Numbered from the stretch's first letter, positions 36,341 through 49,517 are shown. The stretch: 64,000 bases of DNA from Octopus sinensis (GCF_006345805.1 NC_043007.1:60822001-60886000), one strand, 5' to 3'. Translations and numbers: made by a program. Notes: generated by a model from the letters alone, not told the origin.

Positions 36341-38917
36341 AAAGAGACAGGCTTGGAAGGACTGGAAGAACGGTGGTAGCAGGGAATTGTATCAGACAGC
36401 CAGAAGGGAAGCTAGGAGACAGGTTTATTTAGCCAGAGGGGAAGCGGATAAGAAAAAAATTTGCCAATGTTCTGAGCCGTGAGGATGAAAGACTTGAGGT
36501 ATTTCGTGTTGCAAGACAGTATGTGAGAGAGAATCGTGATGTGGTAGGAGAGAAGTGTGTTCGCATGGATGATGGTTCACTTGCGCTAAATGAGGATGCA
36601 AAGAGAGAGGTTTGGAGATGCCACTATGAAAGGTTGCTGAATAAAGAAAATGAATGGGATAAAGAGAGTCTGCCGAATGTTGACCCAACAGAGGGACCAG
36701 CTATCTGAGTTGATAGTTCCGTGGTAGCTAAGGCAATTAGAAGCATGAAGACAGGGAAAGCCCCAGGCCCATCAGGAATTACTGCAGAGATGCTCAAAAT
36801 ATCTGGCAGTGTCGGCTATAACCTAGTCACCCGTATAGTCAACCAGGTGATACACGAAGGAGTCATACCCAATGACTGGTGTAGCAGCATACTAGTCAAC
36901 TGCTACAAAGGTAAAGGTGATGCCCTAGATACAAATAATTACAGAGGTATCAAGCTGTTGGATCAGGTAATGAAGGTTACGGAGAGGGTCATAGCCCAAC
37001 TAATTAGAGAGAGAGTTAGTTTAGATGAGATGCAGTTTGGGTTTGTGCCAGGGAAAAGCACCACTGATGCTATATTCCTGGTAAGGCAGCTGCAGGAGAA
37101 ATACCTAGCCAAAGATAAGCCCCTGTACCTGGCTTTCGTTGACATGGAGAAAGCCTTTGATAGGGTCCCCCGATCCCTCATCTGGTGGTCAATGAGGAAA
37201 CTAGGGATAGATGAATGGCTGGTGAGGGCTGTGCAAGCCATGTACAGAGATGCCGTAAGTAAGGTTAGGGTTGGCAACATGTACACAGAAGAATTCAAAG
37301 TAGAGGTTGGGGTCCACCAGGGTTCAGTACTCAGCCCCCTCCTATTTATCATAGTCCTCCAGGCAATTGTGGAGGAATTCAAGACAGGTTGCCCCTGGGA
37401 GCTCCTCTATGCTGACGACCTCGCTCTAATTGCTGAGTCACTATCAGAACTAGAGGAGAAGTTCCAGGTGTGGAAGGAGGGTTTAGAATCGAGGGGCCTT
37501 AGAGTCAACCTAGCTAAAACCAAAGTACTAATAAGTAGGAAGGTAGACAATCCACAAATATCCTCAGGAAGATGGCCCTGCTTGATCTGTAGAAAAGGTG
37601 TAGGTAGAAACTCTATAAGATGTACCCAGTGTAAGCTATGGACACATAAGAGGTGCAGCAATGTCAAAGGTAGGCTAACTGGGAAGATAGTTTTTGTATG
37701 TGGCAGATGCTCGGGAGCATTGACCTCCGAAAATCTGCAGAAAACAACTTCCGTCACTTTCCGGGGGGAAAAACTAGAAGTAGTTGATAGCTTCAGCTAT
37801 CTAGGTGACCAAGTCAGTAGTGGGGGTGGGTGCGCTGAAAGTGTAACTGCTAGAATAAGAATAGCCTGGGCAAAGTTTAGGGAGCTCTTACCTCTGCTGG
37901 TGACTAAAGGCCTCTCGCTCAGAGTAAAAGGCAGACTGTATGATGCATGTGTACGAACAGCTATGCTACATGGCAGTGAAACATGGGCCGTGACTGCTGA
38001 GGACATGCGTAAGCTCGTGAGGAGCGAAGCCAGTATGCTCCGATGGATGTGTAATGTCAGTGTACTTACTCGACAGAGCGTTAGTACCTTGAGAGAAATG
38101 TTGTACCTAAGAAGCATCAGTTGTGGTGTGCAAGAGAGACGATTGCGCTGGTTTGGTCATGTGGCGAGAATGGATGAAGATAGGTGTGTGAGAAAGTGCC
38201 AATCCCTAGCAGTTGAGGGAACCCGTGGAAGAGGTAGACCCAGGAAAACCTGGGACGAGGTGGTGAAGCACAACCTTCGGACGTTAGGTCTCACCATGGA
38301 AATGACTAGAGACCGAGACCTATGGAAGTATGCTGTGCGTGAGAAGACCCGGCAAGACTAGTGAAGCCATAACCCGTGGCCCCTACCTGGGACGTAGTCA
38401 GTCCACCTGTGCATACCTTCCTTCTTGTGACACTTGTGAAGACCAGTGAGGCAAGTGAGAATCGAATCAAATCAAATCAAATCGAACCAAATCAAAATAG
38501 ATGAACATCAATGGAATTTGTATCCTTGTGGTACCAGTGCCGGTGGCACATAAGAAAACCATCCGAACGTGACCGTAGCCAGTACCGCAACGACTGGCCT
38601 CCGTGCTGAGGGCACGTTACAATCACCGAGCGTGGCCGTTCGCCAGCCTCGTCTGGCACCTGTGTCGGTGACACATAAGAAAACACCATCTGAGCGTGGC
38701 CGTCTGCCAGCCTTGTCTGGCACCTGTGTCGGTGGCACATAAACTCACCCACTACACTCTCGGAGTGGTTGGCATTAGGAAGGGCATCCAGCTGTAGAAA
38801 CACTGCCAGATCTGACTGGCCTGGTGCAGCCTTCGGGCTTGCCAGACCCCAGTTGAACCGTCCAACCCATGCTAGCATGGAAAGCAGACGTTAAACGATG
38901 ATGATGATGATGATGAT
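36341..38917 (+). mobile_element. RTE-clade LINE, 5'-truncated, with open RT frame, 3' UTR and (GAT)n tail
   Basis: The ORF2 remnant begins after (TA)n and has a frameshift near 36460 and a TGA at 36706-36708. The RT frame is open from 36721 to 38361, followed by a 3' UTR with ~60-bp repeats and a (GAT)n tail at 38897-38917. Confidence 0.93.
36721..38361 (+). CDS. RTE ORF2 reverse transcriptase (546 open codons, not a true start) with C4HC3 PHD-like finger
   Basis: Motifs NYRGIKLL, QFGFVPGKST, FVDMEKAFDRV, GVHQGSVLSPLLF and YADD (37408-37419), then CxxC..CxxC-x4-H-x2-C..CxxC (37579-37710), and C-terminal RLRWFGHV and GRGRPRKTW. Confidence 0.9.
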   Translation: MVAKAIRSMKTGKAPGPSGITAEMLKISGSVGYNLVTRIVNQVIHEGVIPNDWCSSILVNCYKGKGDALDTNNYRGIKLLDQVMKVTERVIAQLIRERVSLDEMQFGFVPGKSTTDAIFLVRQLQEKYLAKDKPLYLAFVDMEKAFDRVPRSLIWWSMRKLGIDEWLVRAVQAMYRDAVSKVRVGNMYTEEFKVEVGVHQGSVLSPLLFIIVLQAIVEEFKTGCPWELLYADDLALIAESLSELEEKFQVWKEGLESRGLRVNLAKTKVLISRKVDNPQISSGRWPCLICRKGVGRNSIRCTQCKLWTHKRCSNVKGRLTGKIVFVCGRCSGALTSENLQKTTSVTFRGEKLEVVDSFSYLGDQVSSGGGCAESVTARIRIAWAKFRELLPLLVTKGLSLRVKGRLYDACVRTAMLHGSETWAVTAEDMRKLVRSEASMLRWMCNVSVLTRQSVSTLREMLYLRSISCGVQERRLRWFGHVARMDEDRCVRKCQSLAVEGTRGRGRPRKTWDEVVKHNLRTLGLTMEMTRDRDLWKYAVREKTRQD

Positions 38918-41469
38918 ACAACGGGCTTCTTTCAGTTTCTGTCTACCAAATCCACTCACAAGGCTTTGGTTGGCCCGAGGCTATAGTAGAAGACACTTGT
39001 CCAAGGTGCCATGCAGTAGGACTGAACCCAGAACCATGTGGTTGGTAAGCAAGCTACTTACCACACAACCACTCCTACGCTTATATCAATTTTTGTTTAT
39101 TCCTTATCAGACCATGCCATCCCTGACAGATATACCTCTTGATTAGGACAATATTTGTGGATTTTCCACAAAAAAACTTTGTTGAGTATTTTTCCCCTTT
39201 TTAAATTATCTACATGTCTATTCGGCCATTTCACATGACTTTATTCATTAAAACTTATTAAAACTTCAGAAGTTCTTACAACTTTGGTTGTTGTAATGCT
39301 TTGCTTTCATTTGTTTAATAAAAATTCCTCCTCATAATGATTTTGCTTTCATTTTGTGATAGATAGCTATCATGCAGAAAATGCTAGGTTCCAAATTATG
39401 TTTCCTGATTAGGTAAAATTGATTAAACTTTAAACCTCAGTAACATTTTTATTCAATTTTTCTGGAACAAATAAATAACAAAATCAGATTTAAAGTGGAA
39501 AATTATTTCAATATACCAAATTTGAAAATTTTGACATAATTTTAAAATTTCACAATATGTAACAGCAACAGGGAAGACCCTACAAAAGTAGAGAGACAGA
39601 CTGATTTAGGATGTCACACATACATGCACACACATTTACAAACATACACACAGGTAATCACAAGTTTAAAATGGTGTACAGTAGACATATATATGTACAT
39701 ATGTATGTATGTATGTATGTGTGTATGTATGTGTGTATGTATGTATGTATTTGTGTGTATCTGTGTGTGAGTGTTCCTTTGCGATGGACAGCAGAAAAGC
39801 CACTTAACCCCTCTCTCCTTAAAGCTATGAATTCCTCACAACCACCTTTCTTTCCCTTGGTGCTTTAAAAGTTACTTATGTGTATGCATGTATCTATATA
39901 TTTACAAAGGTATGTATGCAGCATCACATGTATATGACAGCTGTATTAATGTTATCATCCCACTGCTACTCCATATTTGTTGCTTACACAATGCTCTTCT
40001 CCCCTTCCCTTATATCAGTCACACACACTATGCCTCTACATTTCCCTTGCATGAACACTTTGTACCCTTCTCATTTTCTCATATACTAGCCCAATGCCTA
40101 TAGGGAGCCCATTATAGATTTCTATCGAAATCCAATTAACCTATAATTGAACTGGATGTTAGTTTAACATGGATGTAAAGTTTCATGAAGATTGGTTCAA
40201 TGGTGTAGGCAGCAAGGTGGTAATAGACAGGTAGACAGAAACTGCCATTTATGTATAAGATATATATATATATTACACACACACACAAATGAGACAAGTT
40301 TTGCAATATTTTGGTAACTTTTTTTTGTTTATTTGTCAAGTTTTTAAATTTTTGCTATGTAAAATGTATTGTCTTTTTAAAAATTGGTATATTGATGTAA
40401 TTTTTCAAACAGAATCTGATTTTGTTATTCATGAGTTCCAGAAAACCCAAATTCTAACCCTAAATCTTAATTCTAACTGTAAACCCCAACCCTAAGCTCT
40501 AACCCTGGTGTATCTCAAACTTTCATTTTTGAATTTCTGCTATTAATTGTTTCCATAAACTGAACTGTAGTAGTATAACAGTTTTTTTTTTTTGAACTTT
40601 TCACAAAAAAAAAAGAAATTTCATTAATAATTTTTCTGTTTTGTATCACTTATTCCAGTGTTTCACTTCATTTCACATTATTCATTTAAACTTATTAAAA
40701 CTTCAAAACTTTTTACAACATTCGTTGTTATAATATATTGCTTCCATTTTACTTGATAAATATTATCACGTACAAAATGCCAGCTTCCAAATCCTGTTTT
40801 CTGATTGGGTAAAAATAATCAAATTCTAAACCTCTGTAATATTTTTCTAAAACTTTTCTGGAACAAGTGAATAACAACATAGATTGAGCATAAAAAATCA
40901 CCTCCATATACCAAATTAGAAGATTTTCACTTAAGAAATTTTTTAAAATGAAAGCCAAACAGAAAAGATCTCCATTATGGAAAAATCAAGAATACTAGCT
41001 GGACCCGTGAAAACTTCATGAAAAATATAAAAAATGTAAGCATGTGTAAATTGTGTGCTGGTGCCATGAGAAATGTTTCTATACTGTGACACAGTAATAT
41101 CCAATATTGGTTGAGGACTCAGTATATAGAATACAGTAATTACTTATATTGTAGGAAAGGAAAAGTAACATCCAATATTTGCTGTGGTTATGTATCTGTC
41201 TACTCTGAAAATACTGATAAACATTTAAAAACACAAAACAAATGCCACCTTCCTTTCAGTCATCACTCACTCTCTGTCTCACTTCCTCTCACTTTACTGC
41301 TCTCTTCAAGTATACCTCCTCTGCTTAACACCTTTTATTTTTATTTTTCTTTCTACCTCTCCCTTAAAGTGTAGAAAAGTAACAGTAACATCCACAGGTA
41401 TTTGCTGAGAGAGAATGACAGAGGAAGAGAGAGAGACAGGCAGACAGAATTAGTCAGACAGACAGACAT

Positions 41470-41501
<32 letters not shown>

Positions 41502-42389
41502 GCCGGCCACTGTTAGGATCGGATTAAACCCCATAGTGTCCCTAACAACTAAAAAGATTTTCCTGTCCCTGTATTGGATCTTTTTTCATTTTCTTCCTAC
41601 CACTTGAAGATTTATCTTGCTCCAGTTCATTCAGCAGGCCAAAATGAATTGTAGCTGTAATTAAAAGGGGCCAGTCTTGTCACATTCTGTGCGAAGCTGA
41701 ATCTCTCGGAGAACTACATTAATGGTATGCATGTCTGAAGAGTACTCAACCACTTGCACATTGATTTTATCCTGGTGTGGTAATGAAAAGTGAAATTGAC
41801 AGCCAATGTTTGCTGTAGTTATTTGACTTTGATTTACCAATGTGTCTATGTATCTACTTTCTTTCGATGTATGTATCAGTCTACTCTGAAAATACTGATA
41901 AACATTTTTCCTCTCTTCCTTTCAGTCACCATTCACTCCCTCTCCCTCTCTCTCTCTCTCTGTACCTCTCCCTTCAACCTTTTTACCTCTTCCTTTGAAG
42001 TAAGTCTGAGACACACCACAGGTATGTACAAAAACAAATAAAACTAAGCATATTAATATTATTGATTTTAAAGATCAAATTTTTTTCTTTTTAGTTTCAG
42101 CCAATTACATGTAACCAATCCCGATATGCCGAAAATCAGCTGCTGCCATCTGGTGTTAATGACATTGGTATTGTGTATGTGTTGTAACATCACAAACACT
42201 ACAACTGCCATAACCACTATAAAAGCAGCATTTGTAGTATTAGTAGTTGTGATTGTGTTTAGTATTGGTATAGGGAGGAGTGGTTTGTTAAAAGTTGTAG
42301 TTGTGATAGAGGCAATGTAACACGCATACAAAATACAACCATCAGATAGTAGTAGTAGTAGTAGTAGTAGTAGATACTATAGATATAAC

Positions 42390-42900
42390 TGTAGCATAGC
42401 TAGGTGATATCCTCACTGTTTGAGAGATATATTAGAAATGATCTCATGTTAGATAGCAACCATCTCCAGCTATCTGGACCCTGTTGTATCCACTGCTCTG
42501 ATTGGTTGGAATTGATGTAGTTTGTCTCTTGACTTATTTCACGACAATGTGTAAACCAACCAATCACAACCTTCCGATAAGGTCCTGTGACACTGTTTTT
42601 CTTATGCCTTGTTTGAGCCCATTTCAGGTTATAAAAGGCGCCAGCAAATCACTATTTCTTGTCTTAAGTTCCAGTCCTTTTCAGGACTAACCTCTGACCA
42701 CAGATCAACTCAGCCAGTTCCAGCGACGACCAGACCAGTTAGTTACAGCGACCCAGCCATGTTCCTGCTCCAGCAGCGCCGATGCCTTCATCTCAACCGT
42801 CACCGTTCTCCACCACCGTCGCCTTCATCTCAATGACACCTTTCTCTGCCGTCGCCATCACCATCCTTCAACTTTTCGTCGTCTCCATATCCATTGCCAT
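42390..42900 (+). mobile_element. LTR-like promoter-bearing segment
   Basis: TGTAGC...GTTACA bounds (42390-42747), paired CCAAT motifs and TATAAAA at ~42630, followed by a GC-rich gcgaccc.. leader. No second LTR or pol sequence seen. Confidence 0.35.
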
Positions 42901-42904
42901 TTCT

Positions 42905-43290
42905 TTACTTGTTTCAATCATTTGACTGTGGCCATGTTGGAGTACCGCCTTAGTCGAGCAAATCGTCCCCAGGGCTTATTCTTTGTAAGCCTAGTACTTA
43001 TTCTATCGGTCTCTTTTGCTGAACTGCTAAGTTACGGGGATGTAAACGCACTAGCATCGGTTACCAAGCGATGTCGGGGGAACAAACACAGACACACAAA
43101 CATATACATACACATATATATACATATATACGACGGGCTTCTTTCAGTTTCCGTCTACCAAATCCACTCACAAGTCTTTGGTCGGCCTGAGGCTATAGTA
43201 GAAGACACTTGTCCGAGGTGCCACGCAGTGGGACTGAACCCGGAACCATGTGGCTGGTAAGCAAGCTACTTACCACACAGCCACTCGTAC
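42905..43290 (-). mobile_element. tRNA-derived SINE family 2
   Basis: Reverse complement of the 55185..55580 element over its full length. Confidence 0.85.
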
Positions 43291-43527
43291 ATTTGTTTTT
43301 TTAAATATCCAGGTTAAAATTTGAGTGGTTGGAGGAAATTTAATAAGATCCACACTTCAAAGTTATTGTTGCTTAACCCCAGGTCTGTCGTCGTCTTACA
43401 TTTTTAAGAGATTTTGCTGCTATTTCTAAACATCTACCATGAAGAGGTGTACCTCGGCTCATGCCTACATGAATAACATCAAGTATAAAATAATAGAAGT
43501 TTGATTTAGTCTGTTTTATTTCAGTAC

Positions 43528-43590
43528 GTTGCTATGGAAACAGCAATTCCAACTTACGGAGTGTCGAGATTGCTTGCATCTGATTGGCTG
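43528..43590. promoter_or_regulatory. RFX X-box plus CCAAT box, candidate promoter
   Basis: GTTGCTATGGAAAC at 43528-43541, ATTGG at 43583-43587, and a minus-strand donor TCC|gtaagt at 43558, all in CpG-retaining unique DNA. Confidence 0.5.
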
Positions 43591-45199
43591 AAATCCCCCC
43601 CCCCCATTTCACCCACAATTCTAATTTAAAGGTATATAATTTTTTTCCTCAATATTTCTCCCTCAAAATGGTTATGAATTTTGTAATTGACATGAAACAC
43701 GACAGCTGCCAAAAATTTTTCAAATAAATTGTGTATTGTGTGCCTGGATCTTTTGATCGAACAAGTGGAAAACCGGCGAAAATCCATTCACTGTTTGCAT
43801 TGACACCATTTGAATACAATCATTACTTTCATTTTTAATAGTTGAAAACAAACAAAAGGATTAAAAAAAAAACAGAAAGTGAGAAGCAAAAAAGAAAAAA
43901 GAAAGTCAGACCAAAGCAAAAGTCACTACCATTGGCAATATGAAGTTAGAAAGTACAGTTTATACTTATAGCATTCACATTTCATACATATACACATACA
44001 TGCATGCATGCATACATATGTGTGTGTAGGCGCAGGTGTTGCTGTATGGTTAAGAAGCAACTGAGAGGTAAGTTGGTGAGAGAGGGAAGGAAAGAGAGGA
44101 AGAGGAAAGAAAAAGAAAGAGTCGTCGCACCAACAATTCCAAAGATAGATGCGTATCGTTATAATAAATAAGTTTCGAAAATTAATCAAAAGCACGACAA
44201 AAAAACGAACGGAAAATTCACGTGCGTGTCTAGGTATTTGTCTCCGCGACACCTTGACAGCCGGTGTTGGTTTGTTTATGTCCCAGTAATAAAGCGGTTC
44301 GGTGATAGAAACCGATGCAATAAATACCAGTCTTAAAAATAATACTAGGTCGATTTGTTCGAGACTAGACCCTCCACGGCGGTATCTCACCCTTGCCGCA
44401 GGCCAATGACAAGTAAAAGAAGGGCAAAAGGTATAAACACACACACGTACGTACATACATACATACATACACGCGCGTGCACACACACTCACACAGTGAT
44501 TTGCTCCATATACACATATACATACCTATATATGTATATCTATCTACACACACATACATACATACGTGTGTGTGTGTGTCAGTTTTGTAAATGTATGAGT
44601 GCGTGCGTATATGAGTAAATGTATGAGTGCGTGCGTATATGAGTAAATGTATTTTCTTCATAGCACATCTAAGACAGTAGGCACGAAGAAAGAAGAAAAG
44701 AAAAAGCTCTAAAGGAAATTTATACCCATACGTTTCAAGATGTAAAATATATACAAACTTAGATATAAATTCACGTATATTGCATAAATGCACGTTATAC
44801 CCATAATCTTATTTGCCAGCGTTCATTTATGTGATATGGTATCGCGTTTGTTGTCCATTTAATACACCTAATACCTGTCGGAATTTTTCATTAATGATCT
44901 AGTTAGTGATGGTGCCGTGGAACATTCATCGCGATCATTTATAAGTATATTTAGACACAAGGAAAAGTTTTTATTCACGATGGAAATGTTAATTGTTTAA
45001 GATCTAAAGTATAAAGATTCGTGTGTATTTTTGTATTTAAATACAATTATATTCGCACGAAATGCATCTTCATTTTAAATATCATTTGGTAGTTTTAGTT
45101 GAAAGTCAAATTTGTGGGGTGTAATTTGTTGATGGCAAAACCATGACGTCAAAATAATCCACGTATATTGAAATGTGATTGGATAGAGAAATAAGTTTC

Positions 45200-45360
45200 G
45201 CAAATCCGATTGGCTAGTACAGTGCACACCTCCTAGAAAAGGCCACTTACTGATACCGCGTACCCTCCTTCCAGTTGACATTACTTAATACTGCTCTGTC
45301 AGCTGAGACTAAAGCAGCGATTTTAACGGCCAGGAAATATTTTATCATGTTATTTTGGTG
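45200..45360. promoter_or_regulatory. HDHD5 promoter / possible bidirectional promoter
   Basis: CCAAT (ATTGG 45209-45213), CpG retention, and a divergent minus-strand ATG (45281) with a consensus donor CA|gtaagt (45250). Confidence 0.5.
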
Positions 45361-45465
45361 ATGATGGCACTAAAATTTACAAATCTAATCTTTCGAAAAC
45401 ATGTTAAAAACAATTTATTGTCGTATATTTTTTTGATCCGAAAATGGTCACACCAGACGACGAAG
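45361..45465 (+). CDS. HDHD5: HDHD5 putative exon 1, mitochondrial presequence-like (MMALKFTNLIFRKHVKNNLLSYIFLIRKWSHQTTK)
   Basis: ATG with an in-frame stop upstream, 35 codons, donor AAG|gtttgt, phase 0 joining the exon at 52005. The peptide is basic with no acidic residues, and it sits in a CpG-retaining promoter-like region. Confidence 0.65.
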
Positions 45466-46069
45466 GTTTGTAATGCTTCTTAACTTCTAAGTGTTGTTCG
45501 GTCATCAAATAGTACTTGAAATATTTGAAATTTTTCCAATTTCGTTTCATTTATACATTTAATTTATAATTGATATAAAACTGTATAGCAGATTTCTCCA
45601 ACCTCTTAATCAGAAGTCTGATAGTTATTTCAAGCTCAGCTGATTATTTTGACAATCTAACAGCGATGGGTTACGTAATTTCTGCCTACTGTTCCCTCTT
45701 CTTGTCATCCTCTACAACTTGCCATAATTCCGCTTACCTCCTTCTCCTAATTTATTTGGGGTTCCGTGCACTTTTAGTAACACATTAACTTTGACCATAA
45801 ATTGATTTCTATACATGGCTTATGCTGCAGTTAAAAGTCAACGGGGCAGCTGAAGATCGTAAAGGGCGAAAACTGATGCTTTTGTAACAAAGCTTCCCGA
45901 AGAATTCGTTTCAAGGAATTATTTGTTCTGATTTTTTTTATTGTATCAACATCTTGCCAACAACTGTGATATATCTTGCACAAACATACGGGTGAAGAAC
46001 CAATACATTCAGCTTTGACATACACAAATATGCGTGTAGTGTGTGTGTGTGTATGTGTAGGTGTGTAGT

Positions 46070-46181
46070 ATATATATTAATACTATATATACAGATATAC
46101 ATATACATATATATATATATATACATATAGATATATATATATTATATATATATATATATAGATATATATATACAAACATAG

Positions 46182-46232
<51 letters not shown>

Positions 46233-46692
46233 GACATTATGTATATATATACATATATATATATATACCATATATATATATATACATAGTATATATATAC
46301 ATAATATATATATACATATATATATACACTATATATCTATATATACATATTATATATATACATATATATACATATATATATATACTATATATATATACAT
46401 ATATATATATACATATATAATATATAACATATATATATATATACCATATATAATACATAATATAACATATATATATATATAATATATATATATAAATATA
46501 TATATATACATACATATATATATATACATATATATATATACATATTATATTACAATATATATATACATATATATATATACATACATATATATATATACAT
46601 ATATATATACATATATATATACATATATCTATATTATATATACATATATATATAATATATATATACATATATATATATACATATATATATAC

Positions 46693-46741
<49 letters not shown>

Positions 46742-47082
46742 CATATATATATACATATTATATATATATTATACATATATATATATACATATAATAATAT
46801 ATATATACATTATATATATATATATACATATATATATACATATATATATACATATATTATATATACATAATATATAATACATATTATATATGCATATATA
46901 TATACATATATATATATATACATATATATATACATATATATATAACATATATATATATACATATATATATATATACATATATATATATTAATATATATAT
47001 AAACATATATATATATGCATATATATATATATATACATATATATATATGCATATATATATATAATACATATATATATGATAT

Positions 47083-47113
<31 letters not shown>

Positions 47114-47150
47114 GCATATATATATATATATATGCATATATATATATATA

Positions 47151-47192
<42 letters not shown>

Positions 47193-47311
47193 TATATATA
47201 TATAATATATAATATATGCATATATTATTATATATATATATGCATATATATATTATATATATATGCATATATATATATATATATATGCATATATATTATA
47301 TATATATAATA

Positions 47312-47347
<36 letters not shown>

Positions 47348-47379
47348 ATATATATTTAATATATATATATATATATATA

Positions 47380-47421
<42 letters not shown>

Positions 47422-47613
47422 TATATATATATATAATATATATGATATATATATGCATATATATATATATAATATATATATATATATATGAATATAGATA
47501 TATATATATATATATATTATATAATATGCATATATATATTATATATATTATATATATATTATGCATATATATATATGCATATAATATATATATATGCTAT
47601 ATATATGCATATA

Positions 47614-47656
<43 letters not shown>

Positions 47657-47806
47657 ATATATATATATATATACATATATATATATGCATATATATATAG
47701 ATATATATGCAGATATATATGCATATATTATATATAATGATATATATATATTATATATATGCATATATATATGCATATATATATTATATATATATGCATA
47801 TATATA

Positions 47807-47855
<49 letters not shown>

Positions 47856-48093
47856 ATATATATCATATATATATATGCATATATATATAATATATATATT
47901 ATATATATAGCATATATATATAATATAATATATATCCATATATATATATAATATATATATAATATGCATATATATATATATATATTATATATATAATATA
48001 ATATATATATATATATATATCTATATATATTATATATATATATATAATATATATATTATATATATATATAGCATTATATATATATTATATATA

Positions 48094-48124
<31 letters not shown>

Positions 48125-48394
48125 ATATAATATGATATATATATATATGCTATATATATATATATGCATAATATATATATATATATGCATAATATATGCA
48201 TATATATATATATATATATATGCATATATAGTATATATATATATATGCTATATATATATATATATATTATATGCATATATATATGATATATATATAAGAA
48301 TATATATATATGCATATATATATATATATATATATCATATATATATGGCATATATTATATATATATATATGCATATATATATATATATATATAT

Positions 48395-48433
<39 letters not shown>

Positions 48434-48509
48434 TATATATATATAATATGATATATATATATAGCTACATATTATATATATGCATATATATATATTATAT
48501 TATATTATA

Positions 48510-48554
<45 letters not shown>

Positions 48555-48737
48555 ATATATATATGCCTATATATATTATATATATATGATATATATATAT
48601 ATATATAATATATGCATATATATATATATATATATTATATGCTATATATCTATATGCATTATATATAGCAGCAATATATATATAATAGCATAATATATAT
48701 ATATATGCATTATATATCTAATATGCATATATATATA

Positions 48738-48774
<37 letters not shown>

Positions 48775-48879
48775 CATATATATATATATATAATATATAT
48801 ATATATGCATATAGTTATATATATATAGATTATATATATATATGCATAATATATATATATATATATATTATATATTATA

Positions 48880-48913
<34 letters not shown>

Positions 48914-49065
48914 ATATATTGCAATATGTATATGCATATATATATATATATATATGCATATATATATATGCATATAATATATATATATATATATGCATAT
49001 ATATATATATATTATATATATATATTATATAAGGCATATAATATATGCATATATATATATATATA

Positions 49066-49119
<54 letters not shown>

Positions 49120-49393
49120 ATATATATATATATATTATAATATATATATATATATGCATATATATATATGCATATATATATATTATTAATATATATATGC
49201 ATATATATATATATGATATAGATATATATATATATATAATATATATATATATATATGCATATATATATATATATTATATATATATATATATATATGCATA
49301 TATATATATATATATGCATATATATATATATATATATATGCATATCTATATATATATATATATGCATATAATATATATATATATGCATATATA

Positions 49394-49464
<71 letters not shown>

Positions 49465-49476
49465 TATATATATATG

Positions 49477-49517
<41 letters not shown>

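Noticed and set aside
36963-38117. Minus-strand ORFs of 106-139 aa
   Set aside because: They are antisense shadows of the RTE ORF2. The same applies to the plus-strand ORFs at 2998-3921.
39230-41960. Diverged direct repeats (39230-39540 vs 40660-40940; 41190-41340 vs 41870-42000) and short exact tandem duplications (11905-11955, 28262-28310, 44588-44650)
   Set aside because: These are ordinary old repeat fragments or slippage duplications with no coding or structural signal.
42091-42170. Plus-strand exon-like segment after a strong acceptor (ttttttctttttagtttcag|CCAATTAC..)
   Set aside because: No partner exons or recognisable product were found, and it may be a CCAAT-containing regulatory or repeat sequence.
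45251-45281. Identification of MSTGRRVRGI as a YEATS4/GAS41 N-terminus
   Set aside because: No downstream YEATS exons (PIVYGN, HTHQWTV, GWGEF) were found in the window.
45444-45465. Alternative HDHD5 start MVTPDDE
   Set aside because: It ends in phase 1 at the same donor and is out of frame with exon 2.
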